Below the pieces are notes generated by a model. That model searched no databases, had not been told where the DNA came from, and saw only the letters and a program-made list of their open reading frames with translations. Below, one piece after another: positions 8,128 through 18,743 of a stretch of DNA of 64,000 bases. The translations under genes and the position numbers were made by a program. Source of the stretch: Candidatus Thalassarchaeum sp. (GTDB lineage Archaea; Thermoplasmatota; Poseidoniia; Poseidoniales; Thalassarchaeaceae); contig JADHRW010000001.1 in the NCBI GenBank assembly GCA_016777225.1, positions 76,103-140,102 on the forward strand. The letters are read 5' to 3'. The stretch's first letter is position 1. The number at the start of each line of letters is the position of its first letter.

Positions 8128-9565
8128 ATTGAAACTCCAGAATTACATCTCAGGTTTATTTATAGAGCCAGATTCTAGAGAATGGATGGATGATTATTCA
8201 CCCGCGACGGGAGAAATAATAGGGCAGGTTCCAAAATCACAAAAAAGTGATGTAGATAGAGCAGTAAAGGCAGCGAAAGATGCATTACCTTATTGGTCAT
8301 CTTTGACTAATATTGAAAGGGCTGATTGGTTAGATAAAATTGCAGATAATTTAGAATCAAAGTATGAAGATATCGCTCATTTAGAAAGTAAAGATACAGG
8401 AAAACCAATTTCATTAGCAAGAGAAGTTGATGCTCATCGTTCTGTTAAGAATTTTAGATTCTTCGGAGAAATGATTAGAAATTTAGAAGAGGAAAGTTTC
8501 GGAATGGAGGATGCTAACAACAGAGTAATCTACAAACCAGTAGGAGTCGGTGCTCTTATCACTCCATGGAATTTGCCACTATACTTACTTTCGTGGAAAG
8601 TTGCGCCAGCAATAGGAATGGGGAATACAGTAATTTGTAAACCAAGTGAATTGACGCCATTAACTGCAGATTTGTTGATGAAATCAGTAGATGAGGTAGG
8701 GTTGCCAAAAGGAGTCATAAATCTAATTCATGGAGATGGAATGGGAGCAGGTGCACCGTTAGTATCGCATGAAGATGTAGATCTTGTCTCATTTACAGGA
8801 GGAACCTCGACAGGCGCCAATGTCGCTCAGTCAGCTGCTGTATCGTTCAAGAAATTAAGTCTAGAATTAGGTGGTAAAAATGCAAGTATCATCTTTGATG
8901 ACTGTGATTTAGAAAAAACTGTCCCAGGAGTTGTAAGATCGGGGTTTTTGAATCAAGGACAAGTATGTCTTTGTGGAAGTAGAATACTTGTGCAAGAAAA
9001 TGTATATGATAAATTTGTAGATAGATTTGTAAATGAGGTTGAGAATATGAAAATCGGGGACCCATCTAATGAAGACACAAAATTAGGTGCACTAATATCT
9101 CCTGAACACTTATCTAAAGTTGAAGAATATATACAAATTGCCAAAGATGAAGGTGGGACTATTCTCACAGGAGGATATCCTTGCTTACCAAAAGAATTTG
9201 AGAATGGAAATTGGATAGCACCAACAGTAATTGCAGATTTAGATGTATCATCACGCTGTTCAATAGAGGAAATATTTGGACCAGTTGTTACAATTCATAA
9301 ATTTGTCAATGAAGAAGAGGCGATTAAAATTGCAAATAATACAAGATATGGTTTAGCGGGCAGTATATGGACTACTGACTTAGAAAAGGGAAACAGGGTT
9401 GCAGAGTCAATTCATACAGGAATGATATGGATAAACACTTGGCTTCATAGAGACCTAAGAGTTCCATTTGGGGGAGTCAAAGATTCTGGAGTGGGAAGAG
9501 AGGGAGGAAGATGGAGCCTAGGATTTTTCTCAGAAACAATGAATATTTGCACGAAATATGATTAA
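8105..9565 (+). CDS. NAD(P)-dependent aldehyde dehydrogenase
   Basis: ELGGKNA and FLNQGQVCLCGSR (catalytic Cys) are present, along with EEIFGPV and the typical opening LKLQNYISGLF. The ATG at 8105 overlaps the upstream gene by 23 nt. An alternative TTG at 8129 sits 1 nt after the upstream stop. Confidence 0.9.
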   Translation: MKAVWRDRLKLQNYISGLFIEPDSREWMDDYSPATGEIIGQVPKSQKSDVDRAVKAAKDALPYWSSLTNIERADWLDKIADNLESKYEDIAHLESKDTGKPISLAREVDAHRSVKNFRFFGEMIRNLEEESFGMEDANNRVIYKPVGVGALITPWNLPLYLLSWKVAPAIGMGNTVICKPSELTPLTADLLMKSVDEVGLPKGVINLIHGDGMGAGAPLVSHEDVDLVSFTGGTSTGANVAQSAAVSFKKLSLELGGKNASIIFDDCDLEKTVPGVVRSGFLNQGQVCLCGSRILVQENVYDKFVDRFVNEVENMKIGDPSNEDTKLGALISPEHLSKVEEYIQIAKDEGGTILTGGYPCLPKEFENGNWIAPTVIADLDVSSRCSIEEIFGPVVTIHKFVNEEEAIKIANNTRYGLAGSIWTTDLEKGNRVAESIHTGMIWINTWLHRDLRVPFGGVKDSGVGREGGRWSLGFFSETMNICTKYD

Positions 9566-10927
9566 TTAACGGCGATTCTTTCGTCCTTTTCCTCTTTTTG
9601 CTTTACCCGATTTAGAATCCCAATTTCTCCCTGGTTTATTAGACCAAGAACTTGTATCAACATCTGAATAATTACTCTTTTCTAATTTTTTTCTCAAACC
9701 TCTCGGTAATTCTTGAATTGATTGAACGTCAAGTTTTACACCAATATCTTGTTCAAGTCTACGTATTCCTTCACCTCCAGAACCTATAATCGATCCAATT
9801 GCAGAATCATCAACATAAATAGCAGCCGAAGAGTCTGTGAGGAATTTTGCATGTTTTATAGTGATACCTGTAAGCCTAGTAGCCTCTCGTTTAAGTTCTT
9901 CAGATGCTAAATTCCAAGCAGGACTACCTCCATCTTCGCCCTGAGCACTTACAGGAACTACTGCTATTTCTGAGCCAAAAGCGAACATTTCATGAGTCAG
10001 ACGATTCGAAGGAAATTCTCTAACCTCAATTACAGGACGGCTTAAATCAGATTCCATACCAGTAGGAGCTCTAACAACCATTTTTAGTTCTAGAACTTGA
10101 TTTATCTTACCTTTTTCTATATGAATTACCGTATCTAATACTTGAGAAATCAGACCAAGTTCTACTTTACCAACAAGCCTTTGAATAGCTTGAAGACCAC
10201 TATTTGCATGAGTTACTCCGAGAAGACCGACTCCTGCTAAACGTACATCACCAAATATTTCGAAATCTCTTGCTCGACGAACCTCATCGAATATCACGAA
10301 ATCTGGTCTTAATAGAAAAATAATCTCTGCAGTTTTTTCTAAATCTCCTTCTAAAGGTGCATATTGAGTCACTCTTTGAGGTACTTGTAAGTCCCTGGGG
10401 GATTCCATTGTCTTTACCATGGCACCCATTTCAGAGTCAAGATAAGAAGCAATTGCTTGTGCAAAGGTAGTTTTCCCAGAACCAGGTTTACCAACGACAA
10501 ATATTCCTCTGTGATGATTTGAAATTCTACTTATTAATTCTTGATCCAGTTCGTAATCAGATAATTGTAAATTTGCTACCGGCCTAACAACAGTTATTTC
10601 CCAAGCATCAGAAAAAGGAGGCCAAGCACAACTAATCCTTAAATCTCCAATTTGCATTACTTTACAGCCATCCCTTTCAATCTCTATAAAACAATCAGAA
10701 CGAGCTTGATTCTGATCAATTATTAATGATAAATCTTCTGAAAGAGCTTCTAAAGATGGTTTGTTCCATATATCACCCTCAAGTTCATTTAAGCTCAGAG
10801 ATGAAATATGTCCACTCTTAACTCTGGGTTTACATTCAGCCTTCAAGAAAACGGTAGATACTGAATCATCTAATAATAATTGTTCAAGAGTTTCAGGTAA
10901 AAGTGGATGTTCTCCAAACGATGCCAT
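9566..10927 (-). CDS. PilT-family ATPase with C-terminal KH domain (archaeal COG1855-like)
   Basis: Walker A VVGKPGSGKTTFAQ, Walker B-like VIFDEVR, a C-terminal KH motif IGSIIGSGGEGIRRLEQDIGVKLDV and a basic tail are present. Confidence 0.75.
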   Translation of the reverse strand: MASFGEHPLLPETLEQLLLDDSVSTVFLKAECKPRVKSGHISSLSLNELEGDIWNKPSLEALSEDLSLIIDQNQARSDCFIEIERDGCKVMQIGDLRISCAWPPFSDAWEITVVRPVANLQLSDYELDQELISRISNHHRGIFVVGKPGSGKTTFAQAIASYLDSEMGAMVKTMESPRDLQVPQRVTQYAPLEGDLEKTAEIIFLLRPDFVIFDEVRRARDFEIFGDVRLAGVGLLGVTHANSGLQAIQRLVGKVELGLISQVLDTVIHIEKGKINQVLELKMVVRAPTGMESDLSRPVIEVREFPSNRLTHEMFAFGSEIAVVPVSAQGEDGGSPAWNLASEELKREATRLTGITIKHAKFLTDSSAAIYVDDSAIGSIIGSGGEGIRRLEQDIGVKLDVQSIQELPRGLRKKLEKSNYSDVDTSSWSNKPGRNWDSKSGKAKRGKGRKNRR

Positions 10928-11063
10928 ATACCTAAGATAGGCTCTTTAGATTTCATGTTTGTCTTAATATCGAATATAATGCTCCAATAAGGTAATACTG
11001 TACATGTGTATTAAAGAAAAGCGGTAAGACTGAAAGTATAGTCATTTAGCCAAGGACGATAAT

Positions 11064-12044
11064 ATGGTATCGGTTGGTATAATTGGCTTGGGAGCGTATG
11101 TTCCACCAAATGAAATGAGCAACGAAGATTGGATGGAATATGTAGACACTAGTGATGAGTGGATAACCACAAAAACGGGTATGAAAAAAAGAAGAATTGC
11201 TAGCTCTGATATGTGCACATCTGATTTAGCAGTTGAAGCCTGTAAACAGGCCCTTGAAGATGCAAATTTAAAACCTAAAGATATTGATTTACTAATCTTA
11301 GCAACGTCATCACCTGATGTACCTTTATCGTCTACTGCTGGAATCATACAAGATAAATTAGGTTGTGTAGAATGTGCTGCTTTTGATATAAATGCTGTTT
11401 GCGCGGGATGGATACATGCATTAGATATAGGGTCAAGATTTGCAGGAACTAGTGGATATCAGAATGTACTTGTGGTAGGGTCAGAAATATATTCAAGAAT
11501 ATTGAATTGGAAGGATAGAGCTACATGCGTATTATTTGGAGATGGTGCTGGAGCAGTTGTACTTTCAGAAGTAGGAAATGGCAAGGGGATTTTAGGTTCT
11601 TGGTTGATGTCAGATGGATCAGGATCTTCAGTAATTGAAATACCAGCCGGTGGGGTTCGTACTCCATTTAATTCTGAAGATTTTGAGGAAGGGAAACAAT
11701 ACTTCCATATGGATGGAAGAGCAGTATGGGATTTTGCAATTGAGGCATTCCCACAAGCAGTAAGAAATGCTTTATCAAAAGTAGGAAAGGATATATCTGA
11801 TGTAGATTTAATCATACCTCATCAAGCGAATATAAACATAATTAAAGCAGGAATGGAAAAACTCAATCTAGGGATGGATAAAACATTCACTAATTTACAC
11901 AAATATGGGAACACAGCAGGAGCAAGTGTACCAATTGCAATGCGTGAAGCAATGGATGAAGGACTAATCAAAGAAGGTACGCTAGTTGTTACGGCCGCAT
12001 TTGGCGGTGGATTAGCATGGGGAGCCAACGTAATACAATTTTAG
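11064..12044 (+). CDS. fabH: 3-oxoacyl-ACP synthase III (FabH-like, thiolase fold)
   Basis: N-terminus [19 protein letters not shown]...[16 protein letters not shown], active-site region [20 protein letters not shown] and [11 protein letters not shown]. Confidence 0.85.
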   Translation: MVSVGIIGLGAYVPPNEMSNEDWMEYVDTSDEWITTKTGMKKRRIASSDMCTSDLAVEACKQALEDANLKPKDIDLLILATSSPDVPLSSTAGIIQDKLGCVECAAFDINAVCAGWIHALDIGSRFAGTSGYQNVLVVGSEIYSRILNWKDRATCVLFGDGAGAVVLSEVGNGKGILGSWLMSDGSGSSVIEIPAGGVRTPFNSEDFEEGKQYFHMDGRAVWDFAIEAFPQAVRNALSKVGKDISDVDLIIPHQANINIIKAGMEKLNLGMDKTFTNLHKYGNTAGASVPIAMREAMDEGLIKEGTLVVTAAFGGGLAWGANVIQF

Positions 12045-15000
12045 TAATTATGATATTGTATCCATCCGCCTGTTGCTGCATCGTGTCGAAGCAAAGTATT
12101 ATCTGAATTTTGACACCATACTTGACCAGTTTCATCGGCCCATACTTTCTGACCATACTCATTTACTGGTGTTCCTTCAGGTGGAGTTATTGTTTTTGGT
12201 TTAGGAAGACTAGGTAATTCATTTAGTAGTGCATCAATATGAGATGTGTCTCTTTCCACTTCTACAACTACCTCTTCTACTGTATTTCCAGAGTCTGGTT
12301 CCTCATTAATTGAATCTAAATGGTCATCTAGGTTTGGAGTTTTTTCAGTCATCCCTTCATGAGGATAATCAACTTCAATAACTGTTTTATTTTCATCATT
12401 ATTCTCTCCTTCATCAGTACTACTTCTTCGCAAAGTAATAACCCCTAAGTATCCAATAATTGCTAGTGTTAGGGCACCTGCAGATACCGCTAAAATAAAC
12501 TGGAAATCATTTTGGAAATACTTGAAATTAGGATGAGAATCTGATTCATCTCCTTTTCCATCACCATCTGAATCAAGCCACTCAGAAGTATCATTGGGGA
12601 ACATATCTTCTGAATCTATATAACCATCATTATCACTATCAGCTAACAAAGGATTCGTCTTCGCTAATATTTCATTACTATCAGAAATACCATCTCCATC
12701 GTCATCAGTATCGGCATTGTTTCCGATTCCATCTCCATCAGTATCTATCCATTCATTAGCATCTAGACTACTCCAATCTTCAATATCTGAGAAACCGTCA
12801 TTATCATCATCTAAGTCGATTATATCGCATTCCAAATCTAAATCTGTATCTAAAGGAATAGATTGCGATAAAAGTGGGTTTGTTTCACATATTAATTCAA
12901 TGGAATCTAACCAACCATCACCATCATCATCAGTATCTGAATTATCACCTATGCCATCGCTATCGGTATCTGTATCCTCTGATGCGTCTATCGGAAAATC
13001 ATCATATTGATCAAGTACCATATCATTATCATCATCATTATCTTCTCCAAAGTCTTGACAACCATCACTATCTACATCAGTAGATAAATTACTAATCCAT
13101 CCAATTAGCCCGGGAGTACAATCGTCAACAGAATCTAATCTACCATCGCCGTCATCATCATTATCATCGGTATCAATAATTCGATCATTATCGGTATCTA
13201 AAAAGCAGTCATCAACAGAGGTTGCTCCCTGAATAATGGTAATATAATTGGTTGGACATGCCCACAGGAATGTACTAGCTGTAGAATCGGTGTAGAAATC
13301 AAATGGATTTATTTGCTGAGATATTTGACCTTCGTCAGATACATAATATCCAGCATCAGCATCTATACAGGATGATTGACCAGATGATGGCTGATAAGTT
13401 CCTTCATAACAGGGTGTTTGACTTTGGGACATATTTCCAGTAACGAAATAACCTGATTCAGCAGAAATACACGCTGTTTGTCCAGTATCTGGCTGATATG
13501 TTCCAGTTGTACATTCAATATAATCAGATTGACCAGGGTTTGCTACAAACGCACCTTCAGGAGAATCTAAACAAATGCTTGAACTCTCAGATGGTTGATA
13601 AGTTCCTTCTAAACAAATATCTTGAGATGACGAGCCTTCTGAAGAAACAAAATATCCTGGCTCAGCAAAGGAGCAGAAACTCACGTTGGTTGCTCCAAAT
13701 AGAGGATTATAAGTCCCAATAGGGCATGGTACTTGTTGGTTTGCAGCAAACGAAGAAACATAATATCCAGGTTCGGAATTATAGCAACCTAATTGTGCAG
13801 CTTGCGTTTGATAAGTCCCTGGAGAACAAGCAGTTTGATTGGATGACCCCTGAGTATCTACAAAATATCCTGAATCTGCGTCAATGCAAGAAGGTTGACC
13901 AGTACTAGGCTGATAAGTACCAAAGAAGCATATAGATGGTGATGAAGAACCTGAGTTTGAAACATAATAGCCCACACCTGCCTCTAAACAAGCAGATAAA
14001 TTATTCGAACCTATATCTGGATTATATGTACCTGGAATGCAGGGTGTCTGTGAAGGCGAACCTTCAATATCTACATAATGACCAGAAGTTGCATTCAAGC
14101 AATTTACACTAGATGTTGAAGGTTGATAAGAACCTAAATTACAAGGAGTTTGAAACGCTGAGCCGTTATTAGGAACATAATTGCCAGGTGATGATTCAAT
14201 ACATCGGAATTGACCTGTAGAAGGTTGATATGTCCCTAAATCACAAGGAGTTTGGAAAATAGATTGTAGCCCGAATGAATAGTTTCCTTGACTTGCATTA
14301 ATACAATATGATTGACCAGAAAAAGGTTGATAATTACCAGGAGTACAAGGAAATTGATTTGTAGATCCTGTAGTTGGTACATAATTTCCAGAGGAGGCAA
14401 GTATACAAGTTGTCTGAGCGGTATTAGGTTGATATGTCCCGTTTGAACAAGCAATTTGGTCAGGAGAACCATCAGATGATGTGTAATAACCTGCATCAGT
14501 ATCGATACAGAATGTCTGAGCAGTTTGATTTTGATAAGTTCCTGCAAGACAAGATTGCTGATTAGTTGCGCCGATAGTGTCTACATAATGTCCTAAAGAA
14601 GCTGGTATCTGAATGAATGAGCCAAATGCTCCGGTATAATGTCCTAAAGATGTAGTTAAACAACCAGATTGACCAGTTAGACCTTGATATGTACCTGGCG
14701 AACAAGATGTTTGTGATAAAGAACCAGAATTAGAAACAAAGTATCCTTGGGCCGCATTAATACAAAAGGAATTACCAGAGGTAGATTGGAATGTTCCAAT
14801 TGGACATAAAACTTGATGAACACCAATTTCAGCATCTATACTATTCGAGATGTCGCCCAATAAAGAAGAGTCTACGACATTAAAATAACTTAAATTCATG
14901 TAGTACAAACCAGTAGAATTTATTCTCTCGACTTCAATAAAAATAGTCCTTTCAGATGAACTAGAAGTACCATTCGTAGTTACATCTTCTGAAGTTAATT

Positions 15001-16867
15001 CAATACTATTACTTGAATCAATAAGACCCATGGAAGAATTATACAGAGATATAGTAATCTCTGCGGATGAAGATTCTGCATCTATAGAAACCCCATAGAA
15101 CTTAGCCAAATCAATCTTAAAATAATCATACGTATCTGATACTGAACCAATACGTGCTGTATAACTAGCACTAGTAGAACTAAGATTGGTTGAAGTATTG
15201 TATGAATTACCTGAATCCCCGGTTGTAAGTGAAACAAAACTACCTGGATTGGACAATAAACACGAGGTAGAACTGATTGCATCCTGATAATATCCTTCTG
15301 GACAAATTGTCTGAGAAGACGCGGCTATCGAATTAACATAGTGGCCAGCAGATGCATCATAGCAAGTTGATTTACCAGTTTGAGGTTGATATTCACCAAG
15401 AGAACATGCTGTCTGATATAATGCTGTGAAAACGGAGTAATGACCTGCCGAAGATTCTGTGCAGCTAATTCTTCCCCATGAACCGAGATCACAATTCATC
15501 CATCGAGCAGGATTATTTGGATATGGATCATTTGGTGATGGTACGCCATCGCCATCATCATCGCCTGCCATATGGACATCTAAGAGATTGAATATTCCAT
15601 CACCATCCATATCTTGGTCTGAAAAAGAAATTTCAGAACCATTATTAAAATTCATACGATAAGGCGAAATTAGAGGACTCGTTGTGTTATCAAATTCACC
15701 ACCTTGATTACCCCAACAATAGATATAATATATGTCAGATATTGAACAAGTTGACTCAGAACCTGAAGAAACTGCAATCATGTTTTCAGAGGAATTAATT
15801 GCAGAGAAATCAACATATTGAGGCGAATTGGAATTTGAACCAGTACACCCACTGGATGGAATTACAGAAGAACACTCTCCATTTCCAAGTTGCCCGTAAG
15901 TATTAATTCCCCAACAACTAATTGAACTATTATCCAGTATTGCACATGTGTGAGAATTGGTACCATCAATGGAAACAGCATATCTTCCAGTATCTAATGA
16001 TAATGAAACAGAACCATTTACTGGAATTCCATCAGGGGATGAAATTGTATATGAATCCCCCCAACAACTAATTAAACCACCTGAAGAAAGTGCACAGACA
16101 CTGTAACCAGGTGTGGTAATTGAAACCACATTACCGATGATCGAGTGATTTACGATTACTGGAATATTACTATCAGTTGTAGTACCATCAGCAAATATAC
16201 CGTATGAATTGTCCCCCCAACAAGATACTTCGCCCGTATTTAGTAAAGCACAAGTAAAATCTAACCCTGCAGATATAGATACTGCAGTTTTGTTGATACC
16301 AAGATTAACTGATGTGGGAGCATTTCGATTACTATTTGAGCCATCACCCAATTGCCCCTTGTTATTCCTTCCCCAACAAGATACAGAACCATCATCTAAA
16401 ATAGCACAAAAATGAGTGTTGCCTTGGCTTAAAGCAGCAGGAATCTTACCATTAAGATCTACATATCCACTTAATAATTGTTGATTCCCTAGACCAAGTT
16501 GACCATAATTATTCAGGCCTGAACAAAAAAGACTGTAGTTTGTAGAAATAGAGCATTGACCAGATATCGAAATAACATTACTCTCAGAGATAATTGATGT
16601 ACCATTAACGAAAGACAATAGAGAGCCATTATCGAGAACTAAAGTGGGAGAGCCTGAATTAAGTTCAAAAACTGCATCAGAAAATACATTTCCTCTTTCA
16701 GAACCGGGTGAGTTAATTCCTAAAACCGATCTACTTGCAGAAAAGTTATCTTCTGAATTTGAATGTACTTCATCCGGTACATCAATGAAATTAAGAATTG
16801 GCACACACAAAAATAGTAAACAAATTGTGATAGCAAGAAGCTTTTGTAACGGCATATTACTCGACAT
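12041..16867 (-). CDS. Giant type-I membrane-anchored surface protein (1608 aa): RCC1-like repeats, PPC-like domain, about 16 Cys-rich ephrin-receptor-like repeats, TSP3-like Ca-binding repeats, TM helix, cytoplasmic tail
   Basis: Signal/anchor [16 protein letters not shown]. Repeated CWG-x-N-x-x-GQLGDG motifs (RCC1-type). Repeats of C-x-x-GTYQ-x-x-x-GQ-x-x-C...G-x-YV-x-x-x-GS-x-x-Q-x-x-C. D-x-D-x-DG-x-G-D/N runs ([19 protein letters not shown]). TM helix [22 protein letters not shown] followed by RRSS and about 125 further aa. Confidence 0.8.
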   Translation of the reverse strand: MSSNMPLQKLLAITICLLFLCVPILNFIDVPDEVHSNSEDNFSASRSVLGINSPGSERGNVFSDAVFELNSGSPTLVLDNGSLLSFVNGTSIISESNVISISGQCSISTNYSLFCSGLNNYGQLGLGNQQLLSGYVDLNGKIPAALSQGNTHFCAILDDGSVSCWGRNNKGQLGDGSNSNRNAPTSVNLGINKTAVSISAGLDFTCALLNTGEVSCWGDNSYGIFADGTTTDSNIPVIVNHSIIGNVVSITTPGYSVCALSSGGLISCWGDSYTISSPDGIPVNGSVSLSLDTGRYAVSIDGTNSHTCAILDNSSISCWGINTYGQLGNGECSSVIPSSGCTGSNSNSPQYVDFSAINSSENMIAVSSGSESTCSISDIYYIYCWGNQGGEFDNTTSPLISPYRMNFNNGSEISFSDQDMDGDGIFNLLDVHMAGDDDGDGVPSPNDPYPNNPARWMNCDLGSWGRISCTESSAGHYSVFTALYQTACSLGEYQPQTGKSTCYDASAGHYVNSIAASSQTICPEGYYQDAISSTSCLLSNPGSFVSLTTGDSGNSYNTSTNLSSTSASYTARIGSVSDTYDYFKIDLAKFYGVSIDAESSSAEITISLYNSSMGLIDSSNSIELTSEDVTTNGTSSSSERTIFIEVERINSTGLYYMNLSYFNVVDSSLLGDISNSIDAEIGVHQVLCPIGTFQSTSGNSFCINAAQGYFVSNSGSLSQTSCSPGTYQGLTGQSGCLTTSLGHYTGAFGSFIQIPASLGHYVDTIGATNQQSCLAGTYQNQTAQTFCIDTDAGYYTSSDGSPDQIACSNGTYQPNTAQTTCILASSGNYVPTTGSTNQFPCTPGNYQPFSGQSYCINASQGNYSFGLQSIFQTPCDLGTYQPSTGQFRCIESSPGNYVPNNGSAFQTPCNLGSYQPSTSSVNCLNATSGHYVDIEGSPSQTPCIPGTYNPDIGSNNLSACLEAGVGYYVSNSGSSSPSICFFGTYQPSTGQPSCIDADSGYFVDTQGSSNQTACSPGTYQTQAAQLGCYNSEPGYYVSSFAANQQVPCPIGTYNPLFGATNVSFCSFAEPGYFVSSEGSSSQDICLEGTYQPSESSSICLDSPEGAFVANPGQSDYIECTTGTYQPDTGQTACISAESGYFVTGNMSQSQTPCYEGTYQPSSGQSSCIDADAGYYVSDEGQISQQINPFDFYTDSTASTFLWACPTNYITIIQGATSVDDCFLDTDNDRIIDTDDNDDDGDGRLDSVDDCTPGLIGWISNLSTDVDSDGCQDFGEDNDDDNDMVLDQYDDFPIDASEDTDTDSDGIGDNSDTDDDGDGWLDSIELICETNPLLSQSIPLDTDLDLECDIIDLDDDNDGFSDIEDWSSLDANEWIDTDGDGIGNNADTDDDGDGISDSNEILAKTNPLLADSDNDGYIDSEDMFPNDTSEWLDSDGDGKGDESDSHPNFKYFQNDFQFILAVSAGALTLAIIGYLGVITLRRSSTDEGENNDENKTVIEVDYPHEGMTEKTPNLDDHLDSINEEPDSGNTVEEVVVEVERDTSHIDALLNELPSLPKPKTITPPEGTPVNEYGQKVWADETGQVWCQNSDNTLLRHDAATGGWIQYHNY
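13290..14815 (-). repeat. Intragenic array of about 14 consecutive ~33-aa Cys-rich (GTYQ...C) repeats, conserved at protein level and diverged at nucleotide level
   Basis: GTFQ/GTYQ/GNYQ/GSYQ/GTYN motifs were counted in the translation. The boundaries are approximate, located from codons read on the minus strand. Confidence 0.55.
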
Positions 16868-16926
16868 ACAGGCCTAGCGTCCATCTTGAGACTATGACTA
16901 TTGCTCTAGATTGATATCTTGATGCA

Positions 16927-18732
16927 TCAAATTTTTAATACTTTTTTTGCTAACAAAGGCATTTCTAAATCTGACATAATGAATGCTTTTTCAACTGTAT
17001 CAAAAGGCGAATCTGATTTACGACTTGCTTTTGCTCGTGAACTAATAATTCTCCAAGCCCCCTTCTTACCAATTCCTGGAATTGCCTCTAATTGTTGCTG
17101 AGACACTGAATTAATATCAAGGCCTAATTCTACACCTGAAATACTTCTCATCCCATGTCCTGTCACTAAAATATCTGAATCAGTTTCAAGTGGTATGTGA
17201 TAAGGAACACCGACTAGAATGGGATAGGCACCTATTTGTCTACCGAAAGTGATTCCCGATTTACCATATATTGATTCATCTCTATGAATTGGATTTAGAA
17301 CTTGTTCTGGTCGACGAATTCTATCATCATGAGTTTCCCACCAAACATCATTCAATACTGATCCAAGAGGAAACATTTCTTCGAGTAAAGGTTTGTCAAT
17401 ATTCTCACGTACTTTTTTCTTGAATGAGCGGAAATCAGATTCAGAAATTTCTTGGAAACCCTGACCTTCGACTTGACGAATATTAATACGTCTTAACCAC
17501 ATTCCTTCTGAACGTAAATCGTTTAATAATTTCATGTTCATATCATAGCTATGTTTAGTTTCACCATTAAGTCCAGCTATGAAATTGAGTCCGGGGAGAA
17601 GTTTTGGTAGCCCTCTCTCACCCCTTACTCGACCAAAATCATTAATGTGGCGTATAGCAATCTTCAGTTGTTCAGAATCACAGTTTAACCAATTCATTTC
17701 ATGAACAGTTGGGTCAGCAGATTCTAATCCAAAAGAAAGAACTGCTCCATCGCTTAGAGTATCAATCATTGATTTAGTTATTTCAGTAGATGGTTCAATA
17801 TTCTCTGCAACAATTGAAGGATTGCCGTTATCTACATGTAAAATGTTTAATCTTTCATCTTCTCGTGCACCATAAAGTACTTTAGAAATTGGATCAGGAT
17901 TTGGAACTGGATATTCGAGATCTCTGACTCCTTCTGCACGATAAGTGTAGATATCTGTTGCTCCTCCAATACGTATATTTCTAACACCAGAATCTATAGC
18001 ACCAGATATTTCTTTCAATATATCTTCTTCACTACGCCACAAAGGAACTCCTTTTTTGGGTTCGATACAAAATTTACATCCTCGCTTGAACCTAACACAT
18101 CCTTGGTAAAGTTCGATTTCATATGTTAAAGGACCTGCACGACCATCATCTGTAAATAAATCGGGATGATTTTTTACTGCCTTAGATGTAGAGCCATTTT
18201 GAGCCCATAAAGTCCATTCATCTTTTGTTCTTTTACTATGTTTCCAGATACCCGTTGAAATATAATGATTCAAAGAAGCATCAATATCGTTAACTGCACA
18301 AAAAAGATTAGAACGTAATGGAGTCCAGCCAGAATAACGCCAATTTTTAATAGCCCAACCACCACACAATATTGGTTGATCATTTGGGAAAACCGCAAGA
18401 ATTTGATCTAATTCTTTCTGACTAATGGGTGTACCTCTAACATATTTCCCAGGGACAATTGAACCAGCAAGTACGATAGTTCCGGATAAATCAGATAATT
18501 CTCTACGTAACCTATCTCTCTCATCCTTATCGTTGAGTAGATGTTTGTACTTTAATCGCCATTGATCTATAGTCATATATGTATACTCAAGACCTCTTGA
18601 TTCGAGAACCCCACAGATATAACGAATGTGAAATCCTAGGTAGTTAGGTACTCCAAAAGCAGCAGGTTCATCTTCGTAGCCATCAATTACAAGCCACCCC
18701 TCCATATTGGATGGGGCACCTACCTCTACCAT
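16927..18732 (-). CDS. Radical SAM superfamily protein with C-terminal helix-hairpin-helix (COG1031-like)
   Basis: 601 aa. The only Cys cluster is GCVRFKRGCKFCIEP. The C-terminal HhH reads LEAIPGIGKKGAWRIISSR. Family assignment is from memory of this architecture. Confidence 0.55.
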   Translation of the reverse strand: MVEVGAPSNMEGWLVIDGYEDEPAAFGVPNYLGFHIRYICGVLESRGLEYTYMTIDQWRLKYKHLLNDKDERDRLRRELSDLSGTIVLAGSIVPGKYVRGTPISQKELDQILAVFPNDQPILCGGWAIKNWRYSGWTPLRSNLFCAVNDIDASLNHYISTGIWKHSKRTKDEWTLWAQNGSTSKAVKNHPDLFTDDGRAGPLTYEIELYQGCVRFKRGCKFCIEPKKGVPLWRSEEDILKEISGAIDSGVRNIRIGGATDIYTYRAEGVRDLEYPVPNPDPISKVLYGAREDERLNILHVDNGNPSIVAENIEPSTEITKSMIDTLSDGAVLSFGLESADPTVHEMNWLNCDSEQLKIAIRHINDFGRVRGERGLPKLLPGLNFIAGLNGETKHSYDMNMKLLNDLRSEGMWLRRINIRQVEGQGFQEISESDFRSFKKKVRENIDKPLLEEMFPLGSVLNDVWWETHDDRIRRPEQVLNPIHRDESIYGKSGITFGRQIGAYPILVGVPYHIPLETDSDILVTGHGMRSISGVELGLDINSVSQQQLEAIPGIGKKGAWRIISSRAKASRKSDSPFDTVEKAFIMSDLEMPLLAKKVLKI

Positions 18733-18743
18733 GAATAACTCGC

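Noticed and set aside
12041-12160. The C-terminal Trp-rich segment of the adhesin tail ([32 protein letters not shown]) as a WW domain.
   Set aside because: The two flanking Trp residues are 26 residues apart by my count, against about 20-22 in WW domains, and the terminal Pro is missing. This is too weak to call without a profile search, so it is mentioned only as an unassigned module.
12717-13083. Plus-strand ORFs of 97 and 69 aa inside the giant adhesin gene, one strikingly His-rich (HHHHH, HYHHHY).
   Set aside because: They lie antisense to the Asp-rich TSP3-like repeats. Reverse-complemented GAT/GAC runs read as ATC/GTC and, frame-shifted, as CAT/CAC (His). This is a compositional mirror artefact with no independent gene signals.
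13290-14815. Periodic repeats in the adhesin gene as a possible CRISPR-like or satellite array.
   Set aside because: The periodicity is at protein level (~33-aa Cys-rich units). The nucleotide units are diverged, lie in frame within one long ORF, and lack the identical-repeat/unique-spacer organisation.
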